Positions 26,349 to 36,203 of a DNA stretch of 64,000 nt are shown here, piece after piece. The DNA comes from Candidatus Gottesmanbacteria bacterium RIFCSPHIGHO2_02_FULL_39_11 (GTDB lineage Bacteria; Patescibacteriota; Microgenomatia; 2-02-FULL-39-11): contig MFJL01000026.1 in assembly GCA_001779195.1 (NCBI GenBank), positions 3,226 through 67,225 on the forward strand, written 5' to 3'. The notes beneath the pieces were generated by a model, which was not told the origin of the DNA, ran no database searches, and was given only the letters and a program-made list of their open reading frames with translations. Position numbers and translations under genes: made by a program. Every line of letters begins with the position of its first letter. Position 1 is the stretch's first letter.

Positions 26349-26422
26349 TGGCTGCCCAGCTTGGATTCGAACCAAGATACCATCCTCCAGAGGGACGTGT
26401 CCTACCGTTAGACGACCGGGCA
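26349..26422 (-). tRNA. tRNA-Gln(CTG)
   Basis: TGCCCGGTCGTCTAACGGTAGGACACGTCCCTCTGGAGGATGGTATCTTGGTTCGAATCCAAGCTGGGCAGCCA; cloverleaf, CTG anticodon, encoded CCA. Confidence 0.96.
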
Positions 26423-26481
26423 ATAATAATGAAATATCCTAACGATTGTATCATTTTTCTGCTAAAATCGGGATAACTCTT

Positions 26482-27192
26482 ATGTCCAGGCTCGTTACTC
26501 TCAAAAAAGAACTCAACTCTTTAGGCAGTTCCCAAAAAGCAAAAGCGTCGGCATGGTTTTTTAAAACCGGAAAAGGTGAATACGGAGAAGGAGACAAATT
26601 TATAGGGGTAACCTTACCGGAACAAAGAGGTATAGCCAAAAAATATTTCGATCTTCCGCTTAAGGATATTGAAAGACTATTAAATAGTCCTATTCACGAA
26701 CACAGATCAGTTGCTCTTATTATCTTGGTCAACCAATACCAAAAATCCGATAAAAAGAAACAAAAAGAAATTTTTAACTTCTATCTTTCACATACAAAAA
26801 GAATTAATAACTGGGATTTAGTCGATTGTTCAGCCGGATATATCGTAGGGGGATATTTAATTGATAAGCAGGTTACCATTCTCTCTAAATTAACAGAGTC
26901 TAAAAATATATGGGAAAGGCGTATTTCGATACTTGCAACTTTTAAATTTATATACAACGGCAGATACAAAGAGACATTTCTTATCGCAGAAAAACTTTTG
27001 GCTGATAAACATGACTTGATCCATAAAGCTGTCGGATGGATGCTTCGTGAGACGGGAAAAAGATGCGGTGAGGACATTGAAGAGGAATTTCTAAAAAAGC
27101 ATTATAAGAAAATGCCAAGGACTTCCCTGAGGTATGCTATCGAAAGGTTTTCAAAAGAAAAGAAATTTCAGTATCTTAAAGGTTTAGTTTAA
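26482..27192 (+). CDS. DNA alkylation repair protein (AlkD-like)
   Basis: FFKTGKGEYGEGDKF, INNWDLVD, HDLIHKAVGWMLRE, MPRT.LRYAIE; start ATG 26482. Confidence 0.9.
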   Translation: MSRLVTLKKELNSLGSSQKAKASAWFFKTGKGEYGEGDKFIGVTLPEQRGIAKKYFDLPLKDIERLLNSPIHEHRSVALIILVNQYQKSDKKKQKEIFNFYLSHTKRINNWDLVDCSAGYIVGGYLIDKQVTILSKLTESKNIWERRISILATFKFIYNGRYKETFLIAEKLLADKHDLIHKAVGWMLRETGKRCGEDIEEEFLKKHYKKMPRTSLRYAIERFSKEKKFQYLKGLV

Positions 27193-27231
27193 AATCACTA
27201 AGCGGGTGACCCGGAATCCAGTTGCAGGGCA

Positions 27232-28626
27232 ATGCAGGAAAGAATGAAGAAAAAAAATTTAATCCTATGGTTGATTTTACTTTTCGCGTTTATTTTTTAC
27301 TCCTCGTCTCTTTCCTTCTTTTTCATATCAGATGACTTTTTTCATATAAGTTTTAATCGCCTGGCTGAAATTTTTAAAATCAGTCCTTCGTATAACCACT
27401 ACATTCCTGTTTTTTTAAGTTCCCTTTTTATTATAAAAAAACTTTTTGGAACTAATCCTTTTGTCTTTCATTTGTATGTAGTTTTACTGCATATTTTAAA
27501 TATTTTTCTGGTATATGTTTTTACAAAAGAATTTTTAAAAAGTTCACGAAAAGCACTCATTGTTTCTCTTCTTTTTTCTTTTTTCTACTCCCACTATGAA
27601 GCAGTTTACTGGATCACGGGAACGACAAATTCTCTTATGACTTTGTTTTATTTATTATCCCTTATTTCGTTTCAAATGTTTACTAAAACAAGAAAAAATA
27701 TTTGCTTGGTTTTTACAGGAGTACTAATACCCCTCGCATTTCTCTCCCATGAGCATGCAATCACATTAATTCCAATAATTATCTGTTATGGAATTTACAG
27801 AAAAGTTAGAGTTAAGAATTACAAAATTCTCCTCCTGCCTATATTTCTGTTTTGTTTTATCTCAATTTTAAAAATTGAAAATACTCATTTAGAGGTGGTA
27901 AAAATAGCAACTTTTTCTCAATTCTACCAATCCGTTATTAGATCAAATATATATCTGTTAATTCCTATTCCATTTATAGTAGATAACATTCCGAAAGGAA
28001 TACCCCTGCTTGCTTTCTTAATTTTAATGATTATTATCTTTATATTAATAAAAAAAGAAACAAAACTTTTGTTCTGCTTAATTTGGCTGGAAATTCACAT
28101 ATTGCTTTTTTCATCAACCAGCCTTCCTCAGCCGAGATATTTTTATTTGGCATCCATACCGGCACTCTGTTTAATTATATCTTTCCTCTCTTACTTTAAG
28201 AAAAACGTGCAGTTTGTGCCTTATATGTTTCTACTTATCGGTTTTATTATTTTCCTATCAAATAGAAGCAGGGAATGGAAAGAGACAAGTATGATTATGC
28301 GCCAAACAATAACTTCTTTAAATACTATGTACTCAAGATTTTCTAAAGATAAAAAAGTATATTTTGTAAATCTTCCCGATTCTCTTAATGGACCTCCATG
28401 GAACGCGTATCTGTTTAGAAATGGAGTTGAAAGATTAATTGAATATGCATCTGGAATACTCCCTAATAATATTTATTATCTGAAGACAGTGAAAAATAAT
28501 ATATTACTTAGAAATGATCCATACATTAATACTAAAGAATTATATAGAATAAATAATTCAGCAGTTATGTTGTATAAAGAAGGAAAATTGTATTTTAGTG
28601 AGAGAAAAATAAAAGAAGAAAAATAA
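27232..28626 (+). CDS. Multi-pass membrane protein, GT-C glycosyltransferase-like
   Basis: DD in first loop, FH...LH..N, HYEAVYWI, LSHE, RYFY. Confidence 0.7.
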   Translation: MQERMKKKNLILWLILLFAFIFYSSSLSFFFISDDFFHISFNRLAEIFKISPSYNHYIPVFLSSLFIIKKLFGTNPFVFHLYVVLLHILNIFLVYVFTKEFLKSSRKALIVSLLFSFFYSHYEAVYWITGTTNSLMTLFYLLSLISFQMFTKTRKNICLVFTGVLIPLAFLSHEHAITLIPIIICYGIYRKVRVKNYKILLLPIFLFCFISILKIENTHLEVVKIATFSQFYQSVIRSNIYLLIPIPFIVDNIPKGIPLLAFLILMIIIFILIKKETKLLFCLIWLEIHILLFSSTSLPQPRYFYLASIPALCLIISFLSYFKKNVQFVPYMFLLIGFIIFLSNRSREWKETSMIMRQTITSLNTMYSRFSKDKKVYFVNLPDSLNGPPWNAYLFRNGVERLIEYASGILPNNIYYLKTVKNNILLRNDPYINTKELYRINNSAVMLYKEGKLYFSERKIKEEK

Positions 28627-29368
28627 GTGCCAGAATAATTCTGTAGATTCCAAAGATTTTTAATGAATGATTTTTTATATATTCGATAAAATATTTAATA
28701 GCAATTAATGCAGTAACAAATGCACCGATAAACCCGATAAGAAGAAGCATCCATTCGTTTGTTGAGTATGAAAATCCGACCTTTAACATGTCTAAAAGTG
28801 TTGCACCCAAAATAGTCGGAATTGCAAGAAGAAATGAAAACTCTACGGCGTGAACCTTGTCAAATCCGGCCATCTGTCCGCCGATAATAGTTGCCGCCGA
28901 ACGGGACACTCCGGGAATAATTGAGAATACCTGATACAGCCCAATTCCCATAGCTTCTTTGGCATTCATCTTTTCAATTGATTTGTCATGTTTTTCTTTG
29001 GGCAAAAGTTTCTCAAAACTGACAAGAATAACTCCTCCGATAAAAAGTGCTGCAACCGTGATCCAAATATTTCCGATTAATAATCCCTTGATGAATTTAT
29101 ACAGTACAAAGCCTGCCACTCCGGCCGGAACAAAGGAAATAATAATTGGCCGGATAAGTTTTTTATTATCAAGAATTTTTTTAGCATATAAAATAATTAC
29201 TGAAAATATCGATCCGAGTTGAATAAAAATTTCAAAACTTTTTACAAAATCAGTTTGGGCAACTCCTAAAATTTTGGAAGCGAGAATCAAATGACCTGTC
29301 GAGGATATGGGAAGAAATTCCGTAACTCCTTCAACCATTGATAAAATAATAGCCTGGAGAATGTTCAT
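28595..29368 (-). CDS. uppP: Undecaprenyl-diphosphate phosphatase
   Basis: EGVTEFLPISSTGH, PGVSRS, EFSFLLAIP. Confidence 0.95.
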   Translation of the reverse strand: MNILQAIILSMVEGVTEFLPISSTGHLILASKILGVAQTDFVKSFEIFIQLGSIFSVIILYAKKILDNKKLIRPIIISFVPAGVAGFVLYKFIKGLLIGNIWITVAALFIGGVILVSFEKLLPKEKHDKSIEKMNAKEAMGIGLYQVFSIIPGVSRSAATIIGGQMAGFDKVHAVEFSFLLAIPTILGATLLDMLKVGFSYSTNEWMLLLIGFIGAFVTALIAIKYFIEYIKNHSLKIFGIYRIILALIFLLLFFSH

Positions 29369-29406
29369 TTCTTATTGTCATTCATAACTTCATGTGCGAT
29401 CAAACA

Positions 29407-29465
29407 TAGACTCCCGCCTTCCCATAAAAACTCTAACGAGTTTTCAGGGTAAACGCGGGAATGAC
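29407..29465 (-). repeat. Half GTCAT palindrome carrying a TTTA-hairpin insert (29421-29453)
   Basis: Minus strand GTCATTCCCGCG[TTTACCCTGAAAACTCGTTAGAGTTTTTATGGG]AAGGCGGGAGTCTA. Confidence 0.8.
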
Positions 29466-29470
29466 ATCTC

Positions 29471-29722
29471 CTACTTTTTCTTTTTCTTCTCTTCTTTTTT
29501 AGTCTCTTTCTCTTTTTCCTCTTCGGGCACATCTCCGAGCTGTTCATCAGTTGCGGTAAGAATTGAGAACAATATAAACCCAGCAAATACCGGCATTATA
29601 AGAGTAAATCGGGTTACTTCATCTTTTACTTTAACCAAAATTCCAAGCGTTAAAATAACGGCAATAACCGCCGCCCAAACCATGGGCTTGTTTTCTTTGT
29701 ATATTTTATTTAAGAGTTTCAT
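29471..29722 (-). CDS. Small two-TM protein with charged tail
   Basis: Two hydrophobic segments, E/K-rich C-terminus. Confidence 0.6.
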   Translation of the reverse strand: MKLLNKIYKENKPMVWAAVIAVILTLGILVKVKDEVTRFTLIMPVFAGFILFSILTATDEQLGDVPEEEKEKETKKEEKKKKK

Positions 29723-29786
29723 AAATAGGATATTAATTATTAATAGTACCATTATGCTATGGTAAGGTAGTATAATTGTCAAGGTT

Positions 29787-30650
29787 ATGAAGTCGGGCTA
29801 CGTCGCAATCACCGGAAAACCAAATGTAGGGAAGTCTACACTTCTTAATAATATTTTGGGACAAAAAGTATCTATCACCTCTCCCAAGCCGCAGACTACT
29901 AGGCAGTCCATCGAAGCCGTGTATGAAGATAAGAGAGGTCAGATAATTTTTGTCGATACTCCGGGAATTTTTAAAAAAGTTGAAGATCCGGTTTCTGCAA
30001 AAATAAACCTCGTTGCTCCAAAAGCTTTGGGTAGGGAAATCGCCGTTGCTGTCTATGTAATTGATCCATCCCGGGAACGGGATGAGGAAGACAATAAAGT
30101 TTTGGGGATGGTGCGTAAAATGAAAATTCCGAAAATTCTCGCTATAAATAAAATGGATATTAAGCATCCTTCTTTTCTTCCCCACTATAAATTCATGGAA
30201 GAAGAATTTGATAAAGTTGTCACCATATCGGGAATGTATAAATTAAACACCAACTATCTTATAGATGCCATTTTCGAATTACTTCCGGAAGGGGAGCCCA
30301 TCGTTAAACCGGGACCGCGTGCTACTCCTCTTTTAAATTTGGACAGCAAGCTTTTTATAGGAGAGCTTATACGGGAAAAAGCATATATATTCCTAAGAAA
30401 AGAACTTCCCTATACATTGGGAACGGTTGTTGATGAAGTTACGGAAAGAGACCAAAATTTGACGTATGTAAAAGCCCGGATTCTGACAACTACTGATAAA
30501 TATAAAAAAATGATTATTGGGAGTCACGGAAGAATGATAAAAGAAATCGGAATGGCGGCACGGAAAGAACTGGAAACTGCAACCGGAAAAAAATTCTTCA
30601 TAGATCTGACTGTTGAAGAAAACCCTCACTGGATAGAGACATTACTATAA
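29787..30650 (+). CDS. era: GTPase Era
   Basis: GKPNVGKS, PQTTR, DTPG, NKMD, KH-domain IIG..G.MIK.IG. Confidence 0.95.
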   Translation: MKSGYVAITGKPNVGKSTLLNNILGQKVSITSPKPQTTRQSIEAVYEDKRGQIIFVDTPGIFKKVEDPVSAKINLVAPKALGREIAVAVYVIDPSRERDEEDNKVLGMVRKMKIPKILAINKMDIKHPSFLPHYKFMEEEFDKVVTISGMYKLNTNYLIDAIFELLPEGEPIVKPGPRATPLLNLDSKLFIGELIREKAYIFLRKELPYTLGTVVDEVTERDQNLTYVKARILTTTDKYKKMIIGSHGRMIKEIGMAARKELETATGKKFFIDLTVEENPHWIETLL

Positions 30651-30654
30651 GAAT

Positions 30655-31251
30655 TTATTTTAATGGTTTTTTTACTAAATATTCTTTTACTTTATTAAAT
30701 GCTTTTCCGCGATGACTTATTTGGTTTTTTTCTTCCATACTTGCCTCTGCAAAGGTTTTCTTCAGGTCAAATGAATAAAAGATGGGATCGTATCCAAATC
30801 CGTTTCCTCCATCGGGCTTTGTGGTAATTTTCCCTTCACTTATTCCTTCAAACGTTTTTATTTCTTTGGTTAAGGGATTGTATAAAGCAACAACTTCACA
30901 GTACCGGGCAGATCTTTTACCTTCGGGAATATTTTTCATTTCTTTAAGGATCTGGCTGGTCCGATCAGAGTCACTCCCTTCACTATATCGGGCAGAGTAT
31001 ATTCCGGGTTTCCCACCTAAAGCATCTATTTCAAGCCCTGAGTCCTCCGCAAGAGTTAACAGACCGGTTTTTTCTCCCCAATACTGTGCTTTTAATCGTG
31101 CATTTTCCTCAAATGTTTTTCCCGTTTCTTCCGCTTGACCGTGCTTATTAATATCCTTAGGTGAAACAACTCCCAGAGATAAATCCTTAATTAATTCTTT
31201 AATTTCCTGAAGTTTATGAGCGTTTGTGGTTGCAATAAGAAGTTTTTGCAT
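30655..31251 (-). CDS. rdgB: Non-canonical purine NTP pyrophosphatase
   Basis: ATTNAHK, EDSGL, PGIYSARY, GFGYDP, SHRG. Confidence 0.95.
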   Translation of the reverse strand: MQKLLIATTNAHKLQEIKELIKDLSLGVVSPKDINKHGQAEETGKTFEENARLKAQYWGEKTGLLTLAEDSGLEIDALGGKPGIYSARYSEGSDSDRTSQILKEMKNIPEGKRSARYCEVVALYNPLTKEIKTFEGISEGKITTKPDGGNGFGYDPIFYSFDLKKTFAEASMEEKNQISHRGKAFNKVKEYLVKKPLK

Positions 31252-31266
31252 GAATTATTGGGGTAA

Positions 31267-32667
31267 TTAGACTAATTTTAATCTTTCTGTACTCTCTTCT
31301 TTCCCCAAAATTTCCATCGATTCATTTAAGGGTGGACTTACTTTTCGTCCGGTAACTGCTATTCTTACCGCCATAAAATAATCCGATGATTTTTTGCCGG
31401 TCTCGTTGACAACTTGTTGCATTGCTTCCCCAATAGATACAGCATCCCATTTTTTAACCGATTTTAATTTTTCCGAAGTTTTAGCAAAAATATCTTTCCA
31501 CGCTTTAATATCAATTTCATAAGCAGTCGGTTTTTCAAAAAAGAAAGAACTAAGAGGTAAATAATCGGAAAACTTTTTTATTCTCTCTTTAACCAGAGGA
31601 ATTGTTTTTCCAATAATTTCTTCCGGATAGTTATGATCTAAATAATTTGAAATTTGATCTTTGAGCTTTGGATTTTCCGTTTTACGGATATATTCCCCGT
31701 TTACCCACTCCAGTTTTTTCAAATCAAAAGAAGGGCCTACTGCTTTAAGATGTGCGATATCAAACTTTTTTATCATTTCCTCTATCGTGTATATCTCGAT
31801 ATCACCCGGATAAGACCATCCCATCTGTGCAAGATAATTTAAAATTGCTTCGGGCAAAAATCCCTGATCTTTATACCAACTAGCCCACACGGGATTTTTT
31901 CTTTTGGAAAGTTTTGAGTGATCCGGATTTCTGATAAGGGGCACATGACAAAATACAGGCAATTCCCAACCCAGATAGTGATAAAGAAGAATATGTTTTG
32001 GGGTGGACGAAATCCAGTCTTCGGCACGAATTACATGAGATATTCCCATAAGATAATCATCAACGACAACTGCTAAATGATAGGTGGGATATCCATCTGA
32101 TTTTAAAAGCACCTGATCATCAATAAGTTTATTTTCAAATGTGACTTTCCCCCGTATTACATCTTCAAACTGAGTAGTTCCGCTATCTGGTACATTTAAT
32201 CGAATTACATACTTTTCGTTCAATGATCTTTTTTTTGCTTCTTTAGAATTGATATTTTTGCAAAAGCCATCGTATAAAGTAGGTTCTTTTCTTGCGATTT
32301 GTCCTTTTCTCATTTCCTCAAGCCGTGCACTTGTGCAAAAACAATAATAAGCTTTTCCTTTTCCAACAAGTTCCTCGGCATATTTTTTATAAAAATTGAG
32401 TCTTTCTGATTGACGATATGGTCCATATTTACCTTCTGTATCGGGTCCTTCATCATAATCAAGATCAAACCATTTTAAGGAATTTAAAATCCGTGCTTCT
32501 GACCCCTGTACATACCGGGTCCGGTCGGTATCTTCAATCCGTACGATAAATATGCCGTTATTTTTTTTAGCATAAACGTAGTTAAGTAGAGCTGTGTATA
32601 CATTTCCTATATGAAGATCTTCTCCTGTTGGAGAAGGTGCGATGCGCACTCGGACTGGTTTTATCAT
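31267..32667 (-). CDS. gltX: Glutamate--tRNA ligase
   Basis: RIAPSPTG, HIGN, RIEDTD, KLSKR; start ATG 32667. Confidence 0.95.
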   Translation of the reverse strand: MIKPVRVRIAPSPTGEDLHIGNVYTALLNYVYAKKNNGIFIVRIEDTDRTRYVQGSEARILNSLKWFDLDYDEGPDTEGKYGPYRQSERLNFYKKYAEELVGKGKAYYCFCTSARLEEMRKGQIARKEPTLYDGFCKNINSKEAKKRSLNEKYVIRLNVPDSGTTQFEDVIRGKVTFENKLIDDQVLLKSDGYPTYHLAVVVDDYLMGISHVIRAEDWISSTPKHILLYHYLGWELPVFCHVPLIRNPDHSKLSKRKNPVWASWYKDQGFLPEAILNYLAQMGWSYPGDIEIYTIEEMIKKFDIAHLKAVGPSFDLKKLEWVNGEYIRKTENPKLKDQISNYLDHNYPEEIIGKTIPLVKERIKKFSDYLPLSSFFFEKPTAYEIDIKAWKDIFAKTSEKLKSVKKWDAVSIGEAMQQVVNETGKKSSDYFMAVRIAVTGRKVSPPLNESMEILGKEESTERLKLV

Positions 32668-32731
32668 GCGCTTATTATACACAACTTGCTACTTGATTCG
32701 TAATACGCAATACTTAATAAGCAGCACCTTT

Positions 32732-33784
32732 ATGTCTTCACTGACCCAAATCTCAATAAATGCCCGTAAAGCACTCGTCTTCGGTATTATCCTTTTTGTT
32801 GCATACCTTATATTAAATGCAATTTTCAACGCAGTTCTGAGATCTCTTCAGAAACCTCCACCTCCCTTTATACTCCTTCCTCAAAATGAATACGGACAGC
32901 TTCCCTCACCCAAGTTTACTACCGCTGAAAATACGGCAGGTATTAATCTCACCTTGGAAAATATAGAAGGACATCCTCCCGAATCAACAACCGCGGCAAA
33001 AGTATACAAATTTCCCGAAAGACTTTATACCAGCCTTTCTCTGGACCGGGCACGTGCATTCGGAAGAAATTTAGGATTCAGAGATGAACCCGTTGCTCAG
33101 TCCAAAACGTTATATTTATTCACCGATCCTAATAATCCCTTACGTACTTTACAAATAGATGTGGTGACTTTTAATTTCCAAATAAAATACAACTATGCTC
33201 AAAGTCCTGATCTTTTTAAAAATTTGCCAAATACAGGAAAAGATCAACTGGTGAAGGATGCCAGAAATTTTATCACACCGTTATTTGATTCGACTTTATT
33301 AGGAAATATAAAGAGCGATTATCTTAAAGTAGATGCAACCGGCACACAGCTTGTACCTGCCACTGATCGTTTTGATCCCATTCAGGGAGTGAAAATGAAT
33401 TTTTTCAGACCTAATTTGGACGGATTAAAAATAGTGACATCCCAATTTTTTGAAAGCCAGGTAAATCTGACTCACATACCTACCCCTGACATCAATACCA
33501 GCTTTCTTAATATTTCTTATACCTTTTGGCCTATTGCGTACGACTCATACAGTTTATACGGTATACGCACAGCTCTTCAGGCATGGCAGGATTTAAAAGA
33601 CGGATACGGAGCAGTAATATCTATGGGAAATAATACTCCCGAGAAAGTCGTCATCAGAGATATATATATGGCTTACTATGATTCTGAGGAAGAACAACCA
33701 TACTTGCAGCCGGTATATGTATTTGAGGGAGATAATGATTTTGTAGCGTATGTACCCGCGGTTTCTCCGGAACAATTGAATTAA
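32732..33784 (+). CDS. Hypothetical membrane-anchored extracellular protein
   Basis: N-terminal TM, C-terminal YLQPVYVFEG...AYVPAV. Confidence 0.75.
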   Translation: MSSLTQISINARKALVFGIILFVAYLILNAIFNAVLRSLQKPPPPFILLPQNEYGQLPSPKFTTAENTAGINLTLENIEGHPPESTTAAKVYKFPERLYTSLSLDRARAFGRNLGFRDEPVAQSKTLYLFTDPNNPLRTLQIDVVTFNFQIKYNYAQSPDLFKNLPNTGKDQLVKDARNFITPLFDSTLLGNIKSDYLKVDATGTQLVPATDRFDPIQGVKMNFFRPNLDGLKIVTSQFFESQVNLTHIPTPDINTSFLNISYTFWPIAYDSYSLYGIRTALQAWQDLKDGYGAVISMGNNTPEKVVIRDIYMAYYDSEEEQPYLQPVYVFEGDNDFVAYVPAVSPEQLN

Positions 33785-34724
33785 TATCTTTCCACTGAAA
33801 ATTATCAAATATCCAATTCATCAGATGTTGCGTCTCTGTAAACCTGTCGGCACTTTTTAAAATGACAATCAGAACTCTATGATCATTTCTTTTTACTTCT
33901 GAGACCAGGATTTCTCCTCCTTCCTCGGTAAATCCGGTTTTAACTCCTGACACGCCGGGAATCCTTCCCAATAGCTCATTTACGTTTTTTAAATCATGAA
34001 AATATTGGTAATTTACATCTGAAACCGTTATCTCTTTGGTACCGACCATTTTGGTAAATACCGGATTTCTAAGACCCACTAAGGCCATTTGTGCAAGTTC
34101 TGATGCCGTTGTATACTGGTTGGTATTATCAAACCCGACGGGGTTTTGAAAATGGGTATTACTAAGCCCCATCTCCTTGGCAACCCGGTTCATCTCGGAA
34201 ACAAAATTTTCAACTCCTCCCGGATAGTTATCTGCCAGAGTGTAAGCAGCATCGTTTGCTGAGTCAACAAGTGTCGCGTATAGAACGTTTTCGGCAGTCA
34301 TCCTCTCACTGTTTACGAGTCCCATGGTTTTTCCCTCAGTAATTACCGTTTTAACCGTCAAAACATCATCCAGTTTGTAATGGTTGAGAGATACAAGAGC
34401 GGTCATAATTTTAGATGTTGAAGCAGGAGCAAGCCGTTCATTTTTATTTTTTGAATACAAAACGACTCCGGATGTAATATCTTTAACCAGAACTGCAGCA
34501 GCAGAAAGTAGAGGAGGAGGATTTTTTGTCTGATTTATAGGAATAGCAGGAGGAGCTGGCAAGACTGATTTTTCAGGAAGAGCATATCCGATGAGTTCAG
34601 GAGGGGTATAAAAATAGACATTTTGAGAAGGAAAAAGAGATATTAGAATGAGGAAAAGAACAAATATAATAATTCTTTGTTTGTGCTTTTTGAGATTTTT
34701 TAATTTAGAGCTGATCTTTTTCAT
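33654..34724 (-). CDS. dacA: D-alanyl-D-alanine carboxypeptidase (S11)
   Basis: STSK, SAN, KTG motifs. Confidence 0.9.
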   Translation of the reverse strand: MKKISSKLKNLKKHKQRIIIFVLFLILISLFPSQNVYFYTPPELIGYALPEKSVLPAPPAIPINQTKNPPPLLSAAAVLVKDITSGVVLYSKNKNERLAPASTSKIMTALVSLNHYKLDDVLTVKTVITEGKTMGLVNSERMTAENVLYATLVDSANDAAYTLADNYPGGVENFVSEMNRVAKEMGLSNTHFQNPVGFDNTNQYTTASELAQMALVGLRNPVFTKMVGTKEITVSDVNYQYFHDLKNVNELLGRIPGVSGVKTGFTEEGGEILVSEVKRNDHRVLIVILKSADRFTETQHLMNWIFDNFQWKDINSIVPEKPRVHTLQNHYLPQIHIPAASMVVLPQNHSKPYIYL

Positions 34725-34769
34725 TCATTTATATGGAGCCGGTTCCCGGTTCTCTCGCGCAGCAAATTG

Positions 34770-36143
34770 TTATCTATTTTTAATCACTTTAATCCCCAAC
34801 TCTTTTAGCTGTTCACTAGAAAGCTGATTGGGAGCATCCATGACGGACGTTCTTCCTCCTGATGTCTGAGGAAAAGCAACTACTTCACGCAAATATTGCT
34901 CATTAGCCAGCATCATAATTAATCTTTCAACTCCAAAAGCGCATCCGCCGTGAGGAGGCGCCCCATAGGAAAATGCCTCCAGCATGTGTCCGAATTTTTC
35001 CCATATTTCTTTTTTTTCGTATCCCAGTATTCCAAAAACTGCTTCCAGAATCTCAGGACGGTGAGCTCTAGTGCTTCCTCCTCCTACTTCAAACCCATTA
35101 CAGACTAAATCATATTGAGTTGTAAGAATACCTTCAATATTTCGCTTATTTAATAAGTCCTTAATAAATTCATCTTTGGGTTTTGAAAACGGATTATGGG
35201 TAAATGTCCATTTTCCTTCTTTGTCTTTTTCAAAAAATGGAAAATCTACAACCCATGCAAATGCTTTTACTCCGTTTTTCTTCTCTTCTTCATTTCTTAA
35301 ATCGAATTTGTCGCTTGCAAATTTTTCCATTGCTTCTTTATAGGTAAGTACTGGAAATGGTTTTTGTTTTATTTTAACGTCAAAACTTTCAAAAACCTGC
35401 GTAATCATTTCCTCCAAAATTTCCATCACATCTTCCCTTTCTATAAAACTCATTTCCAAATCAATTTGGGTATGTTCAAATCCCCGGTCAGCGCGCAAAT
35501 CTTCATCGCGCAGACACCGTGCAATTTGGAAATATCTCTCAAATCCGGCTACCATCAGAAGCTGTTTATATTGCTGGGGTGATTGAGGAAGTGCGTAGAA
35601 ATTTCCCTGCTGAAGTCGGGAAGGTACGACAAAATCCCGCGAGCCTTCAGGAGTTGACTTAGTCAAAAGAGGAGTTTCAATTTCACAAAAATCTTTTGAA
35701 AAAAGAAATTCGCGGACCTTTTGTACAAACTGAGAACGAAGTCTGATGTTTTTAGTAAGTCTGTCTCTTCGAAGATCCAGATATCGATATTTTAATCTCG
35801 ACTCTTCGTTAACATCGTATCCATCGCCGTCAATTGGAATCGGTAATTCTTTTGCTTTTGATACAATCTCAAGGGATTTTATCTCCACTTCGACTTTCCC
35901 GGTTGCTATTTTAGGATTTACCATTTTAACAGGTCTCTCTTTAACCAAACCGGCAATTTTCACAACATCCTCAGTTGTTATATTTTCTTTAAGGTTGACT
36001 CCTACACATTGGATAAACCCGCTCCTGTCGCGAAGATCTATAAACATGACTTTTCCATGATCACGCCGGGTCGCGACCCATCCCATGAGAGTTACTTCTT
36101 TTCCAACTTCTCGAACTGAGTCAGCAATTAATATTCGTTTCAT
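34770..36143 (-). CDS. aspS: Aspartate--tRNA ligase, short form lacking the GAD insertion
   Basis: RRDHG, YRYLDLR, LPQSPQ, GAPPHGG; start ATG 36143. Confidence 0.93.
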   Translation of the reverse strand: MKRILIADSVREVGKEVTLMGWVATRRDHGKVMFIDLRDRSGFIQCVGVNLKENITTEDVVKIAGLVKERPVKMVNPKIATGKVEVEIKSLEIVSKAKELPIPIDGDGYDVNEESRLKYRYLDLRRDRLTKNIRLRSQFVQKVREFLFSKDFCEIETPLLTKSTPEGSRDFVVPSRLQQGNFYALPQSPQQYKQLLMVAGFERYFQIARCLRDEDLRADRGFEHTQIDLEMSFIEREDVMEILEEMITQVFESFDVKIKQKPFPVLTYKEAMEKFASDKFDLRNEEEKKNGVKAFAWVVDFPFFEKDKEGKWTFTHNPFSKPKDEFIKDLLNKRNIEGILTTQYDLVCNGFEVGGGSTRAHRPEILEAVFGILGYEKKEIWEKFGHMLEAFSYGAPPHGGCAFGVERLIMMLANEQYLREVVAFPQTSGGRTSVMDAPNQLSSEQLKELGIKVIKNR

Positions 36144-36152
36144 AAATACTCT

Positions 36153-36203
36153 TGTCATCCCCGCAATGGATCCTTCTCCCGTCAGGGCGGGGTCAGGATG
36201 ACA
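36153..36203. repeat. GTCAT...ATGAC palindromic element
   Basis: TGTCATCC...GGATCCTTC...TCAGGATGACA; overlaps the aminotransferase 3' end. Confidence 0.7.

Noticed and set aside
900-26422. Single island integrated at tRNA-Gln
   Set aside because: No duplicate of the tRNA 3' end noticed on the left side and no integrase in the window.
26089-26454. Track ORFs 26089-26442 and 26209-26454
   Set aside because: They run through the tRNA and the repeat tract.
33654-33784. 131-bp convergent overlap of dacA and its neighbour as a functional feature
   Set aside because: The dacA tail looks like non-conserved read-through after stop loss; no other support.
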